A stretch of 64,000 nt of DNA, from assembly GCA_029006135.1 (NCBI GenBank), contig JAQXGE010000082.1, forward strand, positions 4,333-68,332, written 5' to 3'. Positions 36,769 through 46,201 of this stretch are shown here, one piece after another (the stretch's first letter is position 1; each line of letters begins with the position of its first letter). The position numbers were made by a program, and so were the translations under genes. Origin of the DNA: Oscillospiraceae bacterium. Lineage in GTDB: Bacteria > Bacillota > Clostridia > Oscillospirales > Ruminococcaceae. The notes under the pieces are model-generated. The model saw only the letters and a program-made list of their open reading frames with translations, ran no database searches and was not told where the DNA came from.

Positions 36769-37791
36769 ATGGAAACAAAAGCCAAACTGACCCATTTGGC
36801 CGCCTGCGCCGGCTGCGGTGCCAAGGTGGGTGCGGGAACGCTGGCCGCACTGCTGGACGGCTTCAAGACCCGCACCGACCCGCGTCTTGTCGTGGGTTTT
36901 GACCGCAGTGACGATGCCTGTGTCTACCTCATCAATGACGAAACCGCGCTGATTGAGACAACGGATTTCTTCCCGCCCATCGTGGATGACCCCTACCTCT
37001 ACGGTCAGATTGCGGCGGCGAACGCGCTGAGCGATGTCTATGCTATGGGCGGCGAACCGCGCCTTGCGCTCAACCTGCTCTGCACAACCGCCGCCATGGA
37101 TGATGACACGGTGCGGGAAATTCTTCGCGGCGGCTATGACAAAGTGTATGAGGCGGGCGCCGTTGTGGCGGGCGGCCATACCATCCAGAGCGCCGAGCCG
37201 ATTTACGGCCTGGCCGTCACCGGCTTTGCCCACCCCGACCGGGTGCTGACCAACAGCAATGCAAAGCCCGGCGATGCGCTGATCCTCACAAAACCGCTCG
37301 GTGTCGGCGTGCTGACGACCGCCGCCAAGGCGGATTTGGTGGAGGAAGAACTGCTGCACCGCGTCTGGAACCAGATGGCGACACTCAACCGCGCGGCGCG
37401 GGATGTGATGGTCACTTATCCCGTTCACAGCTGCACCGATGTGACGGGCTTTGGCCTGCTCGGCCACAGCTATGAGATGGCGCAGGGCAGCTCGGTGAGC
37501 ATCCACCTGCGCGCGGCGGATATCCCGTACCACAGGGAAGCACTTGAACTGGCCGATATGGGCTTTTTGCCGGCCGGGGCTTACCGCAACCGCGACTATG
37601 TCAGGGAAATCTGCGTTGCGCCGGGGATTTCCCGCGCCATGCAGGATATCTGCTATGACCCGCAGACGAGCGGCGGCCTGCTGTTCGCCATCCCGCAGGA
37701 CTGCGCGGAAGACTGCCTTGCCAAGCTGGACGGCGCGGCCATCGTCGGCTATGTGACCGAACGGCAGGACGCGGCGCTCTACCTTGAATGA
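36769..37791 (+). CDS. selD: Selenide, water dikinase (Cys form)
   Basis: AGCGAK, SDDA, TTDFFPPIVDDP, ANALSDVYAMGG, TDVTGFGLLGH, DPQTSGGLL. Confidence 0.95.
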   Translation: METKAKLTHLAACAGCGAKVGAGTLAALLDGFKTRTDPRLVVGFDRSDDACVYLINDETALIETTDFFPPIVDDPYLYGQIAAANALSDVYAMGGEPRLALNLLCTTAAMDDDTVREILRGGYDKVYEAGAVVAGGHTIQSAEPIYGLAVTGFAHPDRVLTNSNAKPGDALILTKPLGVGVLTTAAKADLVEEELLHRVWNQMATLNRAARDVMVTYPVHSCTDVTGFGLLGHSYEMAQGSSVSIHLRAADIPYHREALELADMGFLPAGAYRNRDYVREICVAPGISRAMQDICYDPQTSGGLLFAIPQDCAEDCLAKLDGAAIVGYVTERQDAALYLE

Positions 37792-37821
37792 GCGGCATCT
37801 CAGCGCGAAAACCCGGGAGGA

Positions 37822-38643
37822 ATGAACAAAATGGAACGCAAAAATCTGGTCATTGTGCGCGGCGGCGGGGATCTGGCAACGGGGACCATCGCGCGGCTGC
37901 ACCGCTGCGGGCTGCCTGTGTTGGTGCTTGAAGCTGAACACCCCACGGCCATCCGCCGCACGGTGGCGTTCAGTGAGGCCGTGTTCACCGGTGAGCAGAC
38001 TGTCGAGGATTTGACCTGCCGCAGGGTGGATACCCCCGCGCAGGCGCTCGAACTGATTGAACAGGGCGGCCTGCCGCTGCTCGTTGACCCGGCGGGGGAC
38101 TGCATTGCGCAGCTGCGCCCCGCCGTGGTGGTGGACGCCATCCTTGCCAAGAAAAACCTCGGCACGCATCGGGATATGGCCCCCATCACGATCGCGCTCG
38201 GCCCCGGCTTCACGGCCGGGCAGGATGTGGACGCCGTCATTGAGACAATGCGCGGGCATAATCTTGGCCGCGTTCTCTATGAGGGAACGGCCATGCCCAA
38301 CACCGGTGTGCCCGGCGTCATTGCGGGCCACGGCGCGGACCGGGTTATTCACAGCCCCTGCGGCGGAATGCTGCGCGGCGTGAAAAAAATCGGGGATGTT
38401 GTGCAGGCCGGGGAGCCGATTGCTTTTGTGGATGAAACCCCCGTCCCGGCGGCGTTCACGGGACTGCTGCGCGGCTTGATTGGGGACGGCGAGGTTGAAA
38501 ATGGCCTGAAGATTGCCGATATTGACCCGCGCGCCGATGAGTACCGCAACTGCTTTACGATTTCTGACAAGGCAAGAGCCATCTCGGGCGGTGTGCTGGA
38601 GGCGCTGTTTGTCCTTCACCGCCGCAAGGGGATGACATGGTAA
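37822..38643 (+). CDS. yqeB: Selenium-dependent molybdenum cofactor biosynthesis protein YqeB
   Basis: VRGGGDLATG, IRRTVAF, IETMRGHNLG, KIADIDPR, ISDKARAISGGVLEA (start may be 37831). Confidence 0.9.
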   Translation: MNKMERKNLVIVRGGGDLATGTIARLHRCGLPVLVLEAEHPTAIRRTVAFSEAVFTGEQTVEDLTCRRVDTPAQALELIEQGGLPLLVDPAGDCIAQLRPAVVVDAILAKKNLGTHRDMAPITIALGPGFTAGQDVDAVIETMRGHNLGRVLYEGTAMPNTGVPGVIAGHGADRVIHSPCGGMLRGVKKIGDVVQAGEPIAFVDETPVPAAFTGLLRGLIGDGEVENGLKIADIDPRADEYRNCFTISDKARAISGGVLEALFVLHRRKGMTW

Positions 38644-39206
38644 CGGCGGTCGTGGGCGCAGGGGGCAAGACTACTCTCATCCATGCGCTGGCACGGCAGT
38701 ACCGTGCCCAAAACCGCCGCGTGCTGGTGACCACGACCACCCATATGTATCGGGAACCCGGTATGCTGCTTGACCCCGATGCCGCGCGGCTTTGCGCGGA
38801 ACTGAACGAACGCGGCTATGCCGTGGCGGGCACCCCGGCGCCGGAAGGCAAATTCGGCCCGCTGCCGCGCGAAGTCTACCTTGCCGGCTGTGCCGCCGTC
38901 GATGAAGTGCTGGTGGAAGCGGACGGCGCGCGCGGGCACCTGATGAAACTGCCCGCGGCGCATGAACCGGTCATCCCGGACAATGCGCAGACGATTATCC
39001 TTGTCTGTAACCGCACGGCAATCGGGCATACGATCGCTGAGGCGGCGCACCGCCCGCAGATTGTGGCGGATTTCCTCGGGAAATCTTTGGATGCACGCCT
39101 CACTGCCGCGGACTTTGAGGCAGTTGCAAAGCGGTATCTTGAACTTCTGCGCGCCGAACACCCCGCCTGCCGCGTGGTGTACCATCCCGTACCCGAAGAA
39201 CGCTGA
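38637..39206 (+). CDS. yqeC: Selenium cofactor biosynthesis protein YqeC
   Basis: VGAGGKTT, VTTTTHM, LVEADGA...K.PAAHEPVIP. Confidence 0.88.
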   Translation: MVTAVVGAGGKTTLIHALARQYRAQNRRVLVTTTTHMYREPGMLLDPDAARLCAELNERGYAVAGTPAPEGKFGPLPREVYLAGCAAVDEVLVEADGARGHLMKLPAAHEPVIPDNAQTIILVCNRTAIGHTIAEAAHRPQIVADFLGKSLDARLTAADFEAVAKRYLELLRAEHPACRVVYHPVPEER

Positions 39207-39225
39207 AAAACCCTGAATAACACAA

Positions 39226-39270
39226 ACCGCCCTGCGGCACAGTCAAAGCTGCCGCAGGGCGGTATTTTTG
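39226..39270. terminator. Terminator between convergent yqeC and modC
   Basis: ACCGCCCTGCGGCA...TGCCGCAGGGCGGT followed by ATTTTT. Confidence 0.7.
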
Positions 39271-39280
39271 CGTTAAGGAT

Positions 39281-40330
39281 TCAGTATAAAAGCATGACGT
39301 CCATGGGATTCAGTGCAAGCGCGGCGGGGAACACATCGGGGCAGTCCGTGGTGGGCATTCGCCACCAGACGAGCTGGGCGGCGGGGCTTTGCCCGGCAAA
39401 CCGGAACGAAAAGACCCGCTCGAACGGCTCGGCCATCTCCCCGCATTTTTCCACCGCAAAGGCGTTTGGCGCACCTCCCGGCACGGCAGGGTAAAAGGCA
39501 TGGGCACGGATGCCCACGGCCTGTACCCCATCCCTGACAGGAACCCCTGTTTGCAGGCAGATACCCCAATCGGGGATTTGAACGGCAAATTCGCCGCATT
39601 TTTGCGCGGGTACGATGTTTTTGCACCCGGTCAGCACGGCGGCGGCGGGGCAGCCGGGGTCGGCGAAGAGCGCGGCGGAAGGTTTGTGCGCCGCCACGCG
39701 CCCCGCATCCAGCACGGCAATATTCTCACAAAGGCAGTAGGCCTCGTCCCGGCTGTGGGTCACAAGAAGCACATCGCGGCCAAATTCGGCCAAAAGGCCG
39801 CGCAGTTCCATCTGAAGGCGTTCGCGCAGGTGGCTGTCAAGGGCGGAGAACGGCTCGTCGAGCAGCAGAAGTTCCGGCTCACTTACAAGGATGCGCGCAA
39901 GCGCCGCACGCTGCTGCTGCCCGCCGGAAAGTGCGTAGGGACGACGGTTTTCAAGCCCTTCCAGCCCGAGCAGGGCAACCGTGCGGCGCAGCTTTTCCTC
40001 TTTGCGGGCGTGGTCCTTTTCACCGTGCATCCCGCAAAGAATGTTCTGCCGCACCGTCATGTTGGGGAACAGCGCATAATTCTGGAACAAAAACCCGACC
40101 TGGCGCTTCTGCGGCGGCAGGTCAATGTGATGTTCGGAGTCAAAAAGAACTTTGCCGTTGAGTTCAATGCGGCCGCTGTACGGCTTATCAATGCCCGCAA
40201 TGCAGTTGAGTGTCCGGCTTTTGCCGCTGCCCGAAGCCCCGAGCAGCCCCAAAATCCCCCCGGAGGTGGAAAAGTTTACATCTAAGCGGAAATCGCCGTA
40301 ATCTTTTTGGATATCTACCGTTAAACTCAT
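39281..40330 (-). CDS. modC: Molybdate ABC transporter ATP-binding protein
   Basis: GASGSGKS, LSGGQQQR, LLLDEPF; downstream of modB. Confidence 0.88.
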   Translation of the reverse strand: MSLTVDIQKDYGDFRLDVNFSTSGGILGLLGASGSGKSRTLNCIAGIDKPYSGRIELNGKVLFDSEHHIDLPPQKRQVGFLFQNYALFPNMTVRQNILCGMHGEKDHARKEEKLRRTVALLGLEGLENRRPYALSGGQQQRAALARILVSEPELLLLDEPFSALDSHLRERLQMELRGLLAEFGRDVLLVTHSRDEAYCLCENIAVLDAGRVAAHKPSAALFADPGCPAAAVLTGCKNIVPAQKCGEFAVQIPDWGICLQTGVPVRDGVQAVGIRAHAFYPAVPGGAPNAFAVEKCGEMAEPFERVFSFRFAGQSPAAQLVWWRMPTTDCPDVFPAALALNPMDVMLLY

Positions 40331-40998
40331 CGTTTCACCGCCTTTTTGCGCTGCCGGTCCTCCAGCAGGTTGACGGCGAGCAGCACCGCCGCCGAGATGG
40401 CTAAGTTGACAAGCACCCAGCGCATCGCGCCGGCCTCGTCATTTGTTCGCCAGAGCTGGTAGACGGTGGTCGAGATGGTGGCTGTGCGCCCCGGTGTGTA
40501 GCCGATGAGCATACTCGTTGCGCCGTATTCGCCCAGCGCCCGCGCAAAGGCGAGCACCGCGCCGGCTAAAATCCCCTGACGGCAGGCGGGCATCCGGATG
40601 CGCCAGAAAATGTAGGTGTTGGAAAGCCCCAGCGTCTGCCCGGCATGGGCGAGCGTTTCATCAAAACTCTCAAAGGCGCCGCGGGCCGTGCGGTACATCA
40701 GCGGAAAAGAGACAACTGCCGCCGCCAGTACACCGCCGTACCAGTTCATAACAAACCGGATACCAAACTGCGCCAGCCAGGCGCCCAGCGGCCGGCGCGT
40801 GCCAAAGATCAGCAGCAGAAAATACCCGCAGACAGTGGGCGGCAGCACCATCGGCAGAGTTAAGACGACATCCAGCAGGCCCTTGACGGCGCGGGGCAGC
40901 CGTGCCGCATAGTAGGCCGCCGCAATGCCGGCAAAAAATACAAGGACCGAACTGATGGCCGCAATGCGCAGCGAGTTCCAAAGGGGATACCAGTCCAT
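40327..40998 (-). CDS. modB: Molybdate ABC transporter permease
   Basis: LPMVLPPTVCG, FARALGEYGAT. Confidence 0.92.
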   Translation of the reverse strand: MDWYPLWNSLRIAAISSVLVFFAGIAAAYYAARLPRAVKGLLDVVLTLPMVLPPTVCGYFLLLIFGTRRPLGAWLAQFGIRFVMNWYGGVLAAAVVSFPLMYRTARGAFESFDETLAHAGQTLGLSNTYIFWRIRMPACRQGILAGAVLAFARALGEYGATSMLIGYTPGRTATISTTVYQLWRTNDEAGAMRWVLVNLAISAAVLLAVNLLEDRQRKKAVKR

Positions 40999-41027
40999 TC
41001 GCGGAACGCTCCTTCCGGGACTTTTCC

Positions 41028-41885
41028 TCAGCCGTTCGTGACCGGGCTGAACCCGACCGACTCAAAGATCTTCATCGCTTCTTCGGTTTGCAGGTAGTCA
41101 AGAAATTCCCGGGCCGCTTCGGGGTGAGCGGCGGTTTTCAGCACGGCGGCGGGGTAGATGACCTGACCGCACATCTCGGCAGTGGCGGCATCCACCGGCG
41201 TCAGCCCGGCGCTGTATGCGTCCGTTGCATAGATAACGCCGCAGTCCACACTGCCCTGCGTGATTTGAGTCGTGACTTCCTTGACGTTGGTGCCGTAGGT
41301 GATGCACCCGGCGTTCGCAAGCGCAGTCTCGTCAAGGCCGTACCAGGCAAGAATCTTCTGGGTGTACTGACCGACCGGCACATCGCTGTTGCCCATGGCA
41401 AGCAGAACATTGCCCTGCGCAAGGGCGTCGGCCAAGTCGTCAAAACCGGCAAGGTTGGCGGGGTTGCCCTCCGGCACGCAGAGGACCACGCGGTTTTCGA
41501 GCAGATCCACGCGGGTTTCGTGGTCCACATAGTCGGTGCTGACGGCGGGATCGGCCGCCGCGTCCAGCGCGTCCATCTGCTTCTGACCGGCGGAGATAAA
41601 GATGTCGCACGGGGCATCCTCCTCAATCTGGGTCTTGAGCGTGCCGGAGGATTCATAGCTGCACACAACCGTCACGCCGGGGTGGGCGGCTTCATACTGT
41701 GCCTTGATGGTGTTGAGCGTCTCGGTCAGTGAGGCGGCGGCAAAGACGATGATTTCCTGTTCTTCGTTTGCGCTCTGCGCGGGGGCGGAACTCTGTCCGC
41801 CGCAGGCGGCAAGCGCGGCACAAAGAGCCGCCGTGCAGAGCAGGAAAATCAGTTTTTTCGCGTGTTTTATTGTACATTCCTCCAT
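41028..41885 (-). CDS. modA: Molybdate ABC transporter substrate-binding lipoprotein
   Basis: Lipobox LAAC, VFAAASL, SSGTLKTQI, VPVGQY, VIYATDA; start uncertain. Confidence 0.9.
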   Translation of the reverse strand: MEECTIKHAKKLIFLLCTAALCAALAACGGQSSAPAQSANEEQEIIVFAAASLTETLNTIKAQYEAAHPGVTVVCSYESSGTLKTQIEEDAPCDIFISAGQKQMDALDAAADPAVSTDYVDHETRVDLLENRVVLCVPEGNPANLAGFDDLADALAQGNVLLAMGNSDVPVGQYTQKILAWYGLDETALANAGCITYGTNVKEVTTQITQGSVDCGVIYATDAYSAGLTPVDAATAEMCGQVIYPAAVLKTAAHPEAAREFLDYLQTEEAMKIFESVGFSPVTNG

Positions 41886-42811
41886 TATGAATCGGCCTGT
41901 TCGCCCCGTAATAGCGTCATGCCGTGGGGAATAACGGGCAGAAAAACATCCATACACTCCCCGCACGCTTTGGGGCTGCCGGGCAGGTTGATAATCAGGG
42001 TTCGGCCGCGGATAACCGCCACCGCGCGGGAGAGCATGGCCCGCGGCGTGATGGCCATCGAAGCTGCGCGGATGGCCTCGGCAATGCCGGGCGCCTGCCG
42101 ATCCGCCACGGCAAGGGTGGCTTCGGGCGTGATGTCCCGTGCGGCAAATCCGGTTCCGCCGGTGGTCAAAATCAAATCAGCCTGCCGCTGGTCGCAAAGC
42201 CGGATGAGATTTTTCTGCAGCGGTGCGGCTTCATCGGCAAGCAGCAGCTCCTCAATCACTTCGTAGCCTTCCGCTTTCAGGCGTGCGGTGATGGCAGGGC
42301 CGCTTTTGTCCTCCCGCTCACCGTTTGCACAGCGGTCACTCAGCGTGATGACCGCCGCCTGCCAGGGGCGCGGGGACGTGCGCGGGCAAAGGGTCATTTC
42401 ATCCCCCGGCGCAATCACGCCGGGCGCAAGCACGCGGGCAAACACGCCCTCCCGGGGCATGATGCAGTCCCCGGTGCGGCGGTAAATCTCACAGTGGCTG
42501 TGGCAGTCCTTGCCAATCTGGGTGATTTCCAGCAGAACCTCGCCGCAGCGCAGAAGCGTCCCGACCGGCAGTGCGCAGAAGTCAAACCCCTCCACCACCA
42601 GATTTTCGCCGAAGGCGCCGGGCATTACCTGCGCGCCGCGGCGGTTGAACTCCTCAATCTTGTCGGCACTCAGCAAACTGACCTGGCGGTGCCAGTTCCC
42701 GGCGTGCGCGTCCCCCTCAATGCCCCAATCAACCCGGAACCGGGCGCAGGGAACGGGGGTCTTGACGGTGCCGCGCACTTCGCTTGTGCATACGGCAATG
42801 ACCTTCCCCAT
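41885..42811 (-). CDS. MOSC-domain / MogA(MoaB) fusion protein
   Basis: N-half GDAHAG.WHRQVS, FGENL, QIGKDCH..C (MOSC); C-half ITLSD, TTGGTG..RDITPEA, INLPGS (MogA). Confidence 0.88.
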   Translation of the reverse strand: MGKVIAVCTSEVRGTVKTPVPCARFRVDWGIEGDAHAGNWHRQVSLLSADKIEEFNRRGAQVMPGAFGENLVVEGFDFCALPVGTLLRCGEVLLEITQIGKDCHSHCEIYRRTGDCIMPREGVFARVLAPGVIAPGDEMTLCPRTSPRPWQAAVITLSDRCANGEREDKSGPAITARLKAEGYEVIEELLLADEAAPLQKNLIRLCDQRQADLILTTGGTGFAARDITPEATLAVADRQAPGIAEAIRAASMAITPRAMLSRAVAVIRGRTLIINLPGSPKACGECMDVFLPVIPHGMTLLRGEQADS

Positions 42812-42815
42812 TGTG

Positions 42816-43775
42816 TTACCCTCCAATTTCACTCATGCCCCGCCGCTCGGTGATGCCTGCGCGGTCCTCAAAACAGTGGGCGCGCGGTTTAGCGGCAACG
42901 GCACGGCACAGCGCCGCGCGCAAATCTTCCTCGCTGCCGCTGTGCAGTGCGCCGCGCAGATCAACGCTCTCGCCATAGCACAGGCAGGGCTTGAGCAGCC
43001 CCGTGCAGGTCAGGCGGATGCGGTTGCAGTTTTCACAGAAGCGGTGGCTCACCGCATCAATCATGCCGATGCGCCCCATCAGAGCATCATCGGCGTAGTA
43101 GTGGGCGGGACCATTGCCCCGGCACTCATTGACGGCGTGCAGGCCGGGCCATTCGGTGCGCAGAATCGCAAGCGCTTTGTCCCGGTCAGGCCCGGGATCT
43201 TCCCGCCCGGCGCCGATCGGCATGACCTCAATAAACCGCACGTCAATCGGGCGTTCGGCGGCAAACCGGGCAAGGGAAATCAGCCGTTTTTCACATCCCG
43301 GCAGCAGCACGCAGTTCAGCTTGGTGCGCAGCCCCGCCGCCAATGCGGCATCAAGACCCGCCAGCACATCAGGCAGCCGGTCTGCCCCTGCAATGCGTGC
43401 GTATTCCGCCCGTTCCGGCGCATCCAGGCTGATGTTTACCCCGTCAAGCCCGAACGCGGCCAATTCTTTGGCCAGCGGCGCAAGCATGGTGCCGTTGGTG
43501 GTCAGCGTGACGGACTGAACGCCCGGAATTGCCTTGAGCCGCCGCAGCAGATCGGCACAGCCCGGGCGCATCAGCGGTTCGCCGCCCGTGACCTTGAACC
43601 GCGTGATGCCAGTGCTTACAGCCGCCTTGACTGTGCGCAGAATCTCCTCATCGGTCAAAATCCCGTCCGCCTGCACGCAGGCGCCGTCAGGCGCACAGTA
43701 GCGGCACCGCAGGTTGCACCGGTCGGTGACCGAGATGCGCATATAGTTAATGCTGCGCCCAAATGTGTCCTGCAT
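42816..43775 (-). CDS. moaA: GTP 3',8-cyclase (radical SAM)
   Basis: RISVTDRCNLRCRYC, TGGEP, FCENCNRIRLT..G.LKPCL, C-terminal IGG. Confidence 0.95.
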   Translation of the reverse strand: MQDTFGRSINYMRISVTDRCNLRCRYCAPDGACVQADGILTDEEILRTVKAAVSTGITRFKVTGGEPLMRPGCADLLRRLKAIPGVQSVTLTTNGTMLAPLAKELAAFGLDGVNISLDAPERAEYARIAGADRLPDVLAGLDAALAAGLRTKLNCVLLPGCEKRLISLARFAAERPIDVRFIEVMPIGAGREDPGPDRDKALAILRTEWPGLHAVNECRGNGPAHYYADDALMGRIGMIDAVSHRFCENCNRIRLTCTGLLKPCLCYGESVDLRGALHSGSEEDLRAALCRAVAAKPRAHCFEDRAGITERRGMSEIGG

Positions 43776-43997
43776 CGCCGCGTTGGCTCCTTTCCCGCTG
43801 AATCCAATAAACCTCTTTATTATATCACGCTCCCGGCGTGCCGTGCAACCGTGCAGGGCGGAAGAAAGGCGGTTGTGGGTGTATGCCATGTTCACCAAAG
43901 GCCGGCGCGCAGATTTTACAATTGCTCCTCTTTCCATGCGGCGGAAAACATGGTATAGTAAGAGTACTATCAATCTTTGTCGAAAAGGAGGGCGGAC

Positions 43998-44774
43998 ATG
44001 GCGGCGATCATTCGCACGGTGGGACTGCGCAAGGTCTATGTCACCGGAAAAGAGCGGGTCGCAGCGCTCGATGACGTGAACATCTCCATTGAGAAGGGGG
44101 AGTTCTGCTGCATTGTGGGCCAGTCGGGAAGCGGCAAATCCACACTGCTCAACCAGCTTGCGGGGCTGGAAAAACCCACCCGCGGCAAGGTCTTTATCGG
44201 CCGGCATGAAATCAGCGCCATGACCGAGGATGAACTGGCCCGCTTCCGTCAGGCGCATCTTGGCTTTATCTTCCAGAGCTACAACCTGCTGCCCAGCATG
44301 ACGGCGGCGGAAAACGTTGCGATGCCGCTTATGTTCAAGGGAATCCCCAAGGCTGAGCGGCTTGCGCGGGCCGAAAAGGAACTTGAGAGCATGGGGCTGA
44401 AAGGCCGCGCCAAACATCTGCCCAGCGAGATGAGCGGCGGTCAGCAGCAGCGCGTGGGCATTGCCCGCGCCTTCGTCACCAACCCGAAGGTGATTTTTGC
44501 CGATGAGCCGACCGGCAACCTTGACTCGGTTACTTCCCGGCAGGTGCTGTTCCGGATGCTTGAGATGACCCGGACCAGCGGGACCACCCTCGTGATGGTC
44601 ACCCACCAGCCCGAATTGGCCGCCTGTGCCGACCGCATTGTGACCATTCTGGATGGCCGTGTGCAGTCCGATGAGGTGCAGGACGCGGCTGTAAAAGAAA
44701 AAAATCGCGCCGAACTCCTTGCCTCGCTTGAGGGCAACACGGAGATCGGCGGTGCCGCCGCGGCGGCAAACTGA
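43998..44774 (+). CDS. ABC transporter ATP-binding protein (LolD/MacB type)
   Basis: GQSGSGKST, MSGGQQQRV, ADEPTGNLD. Confidence 0.92.
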   Translation: MAAIIRTVGLRKVYVTGKERVAALDDVNISIEKGEFCCIVGQSGSGKSTLLNQLAGLEKPTRGKVFIGRHEISAMTEDELARFRQAHLGFIFQSYNLLPSMTAAENVAMPLMFKGIPKAERLARAEKELESMGLKGRAKHLPSEMSGGQQQRVGIARAFVTNPKVIFADEPTGNLDSVTSRQVLFRMLEMTRTSGTTLVMVTHQPELAACADRIVTILDGRVQSDEVQDAAVKEKNRAELLASLEGNTEIGGAAAAAN

Positions 44775-44809
44775 GTTTCATGAGGTATCAGAATAAGGAG
44801 GAGTTTCCC

Positions 44810-46201
44810 TTGAAAAAATTCCATCGTTTTGCGTCGATTCTTTCGGCGGCGGTGCTGGCGTTCTCGCTGACGGCCGTGAGTGCCGCCGCGGATGAAACCA
44901 CCGTGCCGGAGCCCGTGCCCACCTCTGCGCCCGAGCCCTACAACTCCGGCTCGGCTTACATCATTGCCCAGACCGCAACCGATGCGGCGGGCGGCGAAAT
45001 CTCCGCCATTGAGCGGGAGGACCGCTTCAATCTTGTGCTTCGTGTGGCGGATTACGGTGCCTGCGATGCCAACATTACGGCAGATCAGATTTCTGCCCGC
45101 ATGAACTCCGCGGTGTTCACCTTTACGGGCAACGCCGAGATTGGCCAGCTCTTTGAGGAGACGGACGCCAACGGCGCGGACTATTACAGCTATGTCCTGC
45201 TGTTCCGGGATGTCATTTATAACGGCGGCGGCAACACGGCGTCCATCAACCTGAGCTACCTGAACTCCACGCTGGAGATGCAGCAGCTGACCGTCACGCT
45301 CGGACAGTGCGTGGACGAGGAGCCCAGCACCCCCAACCTGATGATTCGGGAATCCAGCTACGGCAGCGAAGCCGTTGTGGCCGGCACCCCTTTCACCCTC
45401 GATCTCATGCTCTATGCGACCGGCGGGGAGGAAAATCTCAATGACGTGGTGGTTTCCCTCGCTTTGCCGGACGGCATCACGATGACGAGCGGCAGCCTGA
45501 CGACCTATGTGGGTGCGATGGAGCCCAAAAGCACCCGCAATGTCAGCTTCAGCCTGACCCCCGCGGCCGGGTACACGGGCGGCGTGGCCAACATCTCGGT
45601 CAGCCTGTCCGGCACCGGTGCTGATACCAACGCTGCGGTTTCCGGCATGGCTACGACGATTTCTGTGCCGATCAGCCAGCCGGACCGCTTTGAACTGGGT
45701 CAGCTCGAAGTGCCCGAAGTTATCTATGTCGGGGATTCCGCCTCGGTCACCCTTAATTTTGTCAACAAGGGCAAGACCAGTGTGGACAACCTTGAAGCGT
45801 CCATCTCGGGCGAAAATCTCGGTGTGGACGTCAGCCAGCAGTATCTCGGCAACCTTGCCCCCGGTACCGAAAACAGCGTGGACTTTGACCTTGCGCCGCA
45901 GACGGCCGGAACCCTTGAGGGAACCATCACGCTGACCTATGAGGATGCCTCCGGCGCCGTGCGCACCGTGACCAAGGACTTCTCCGCCATGGTGGAGGAG
46001 ATGAACTATTTCTACGATGATCCCTCCCTCATGGAACCCGATGTGGTGGAGGAGGAACCGTCCGGCCTGCCGGTTTGGGGCTGGGTGCTGATCGCCGCCG
46101 GTGTGCTGGTCGTCCTTGTGATCGTGATCCGGGTGGTGCGCAAAAAGAAAAAGGCCGCCGCCCTCGCGAAACTGGAGGACAGCGACGATGAAGATCTCTG
46201 A
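44810..46201 (+). CDS. Surface protein with Ig-like/CARDB-type repeats (COG1361-like) and C-terminal TM anchor
   Basis: Signal peptide, beta-rich repeats (FVNKGK..VDNL, YLGNLAPG), TM helix followed by RKKKK; TTG start after AAGGAGG. Confidence 0.7.
   Translation: MKKFHRFASILSAAVLAFSLTAVSAAADETTVPEPVPTSAPEPYNSGSAYIIAQTATDAAGGEISAIEREDRFNLVLRVADYGACDANITADQISARMNSAVFTFTGNAEIGQLFEETDANGADYYSYVLLFRDVIYNGGGNTASINLSYLNSTLEMQQLTVTLGQCVDEEPSTPNLMIRESSYGSEAVVAGTPFTLDLMLYATGGEENLNDVVVSLALPDGITMTSGSLTTYVGAMEPKSTRNVSFSLTPAAGYTGGVANISVSLSGTGADTNAAVSGMATTISVPISQPDRFELGQLEVPEVIYVGDSASVTLNFVNKGKTSVDNLEASISGENLGVDVSQQYLGNLAPGTENSVDFDLAPQTAGTLEGTITLTYEDASGAVRTVTKDFSAMVEEMNYFYDDPSLMEPDVVEEEPSGLPVWGWVLIAAGVLVVLVIVIRVVRKKKKAAALAKLEDSDDEDL

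Noticed and set aside
36769-37791. Selenocysteine (UGA) in SelD or neighbouring genes
   Set aside because: Active-site codons are TGC and no in-frame TGA interrupts a recognisable domain.
43776-43997. Moco/Wco riboswitch upstream of moaA
   Set aside because: The predicted promoter (TTGCAC-N18-TATAAT, minus strand) leaves only a ~35-nt leader and no motif was recognised.
42816-44606. 596-aa MoaA with a long N-terminal extension
   Set aside because: The extension is antisense to the ABC ATPase. The real start is ATG 43775 after AAAGGAG.
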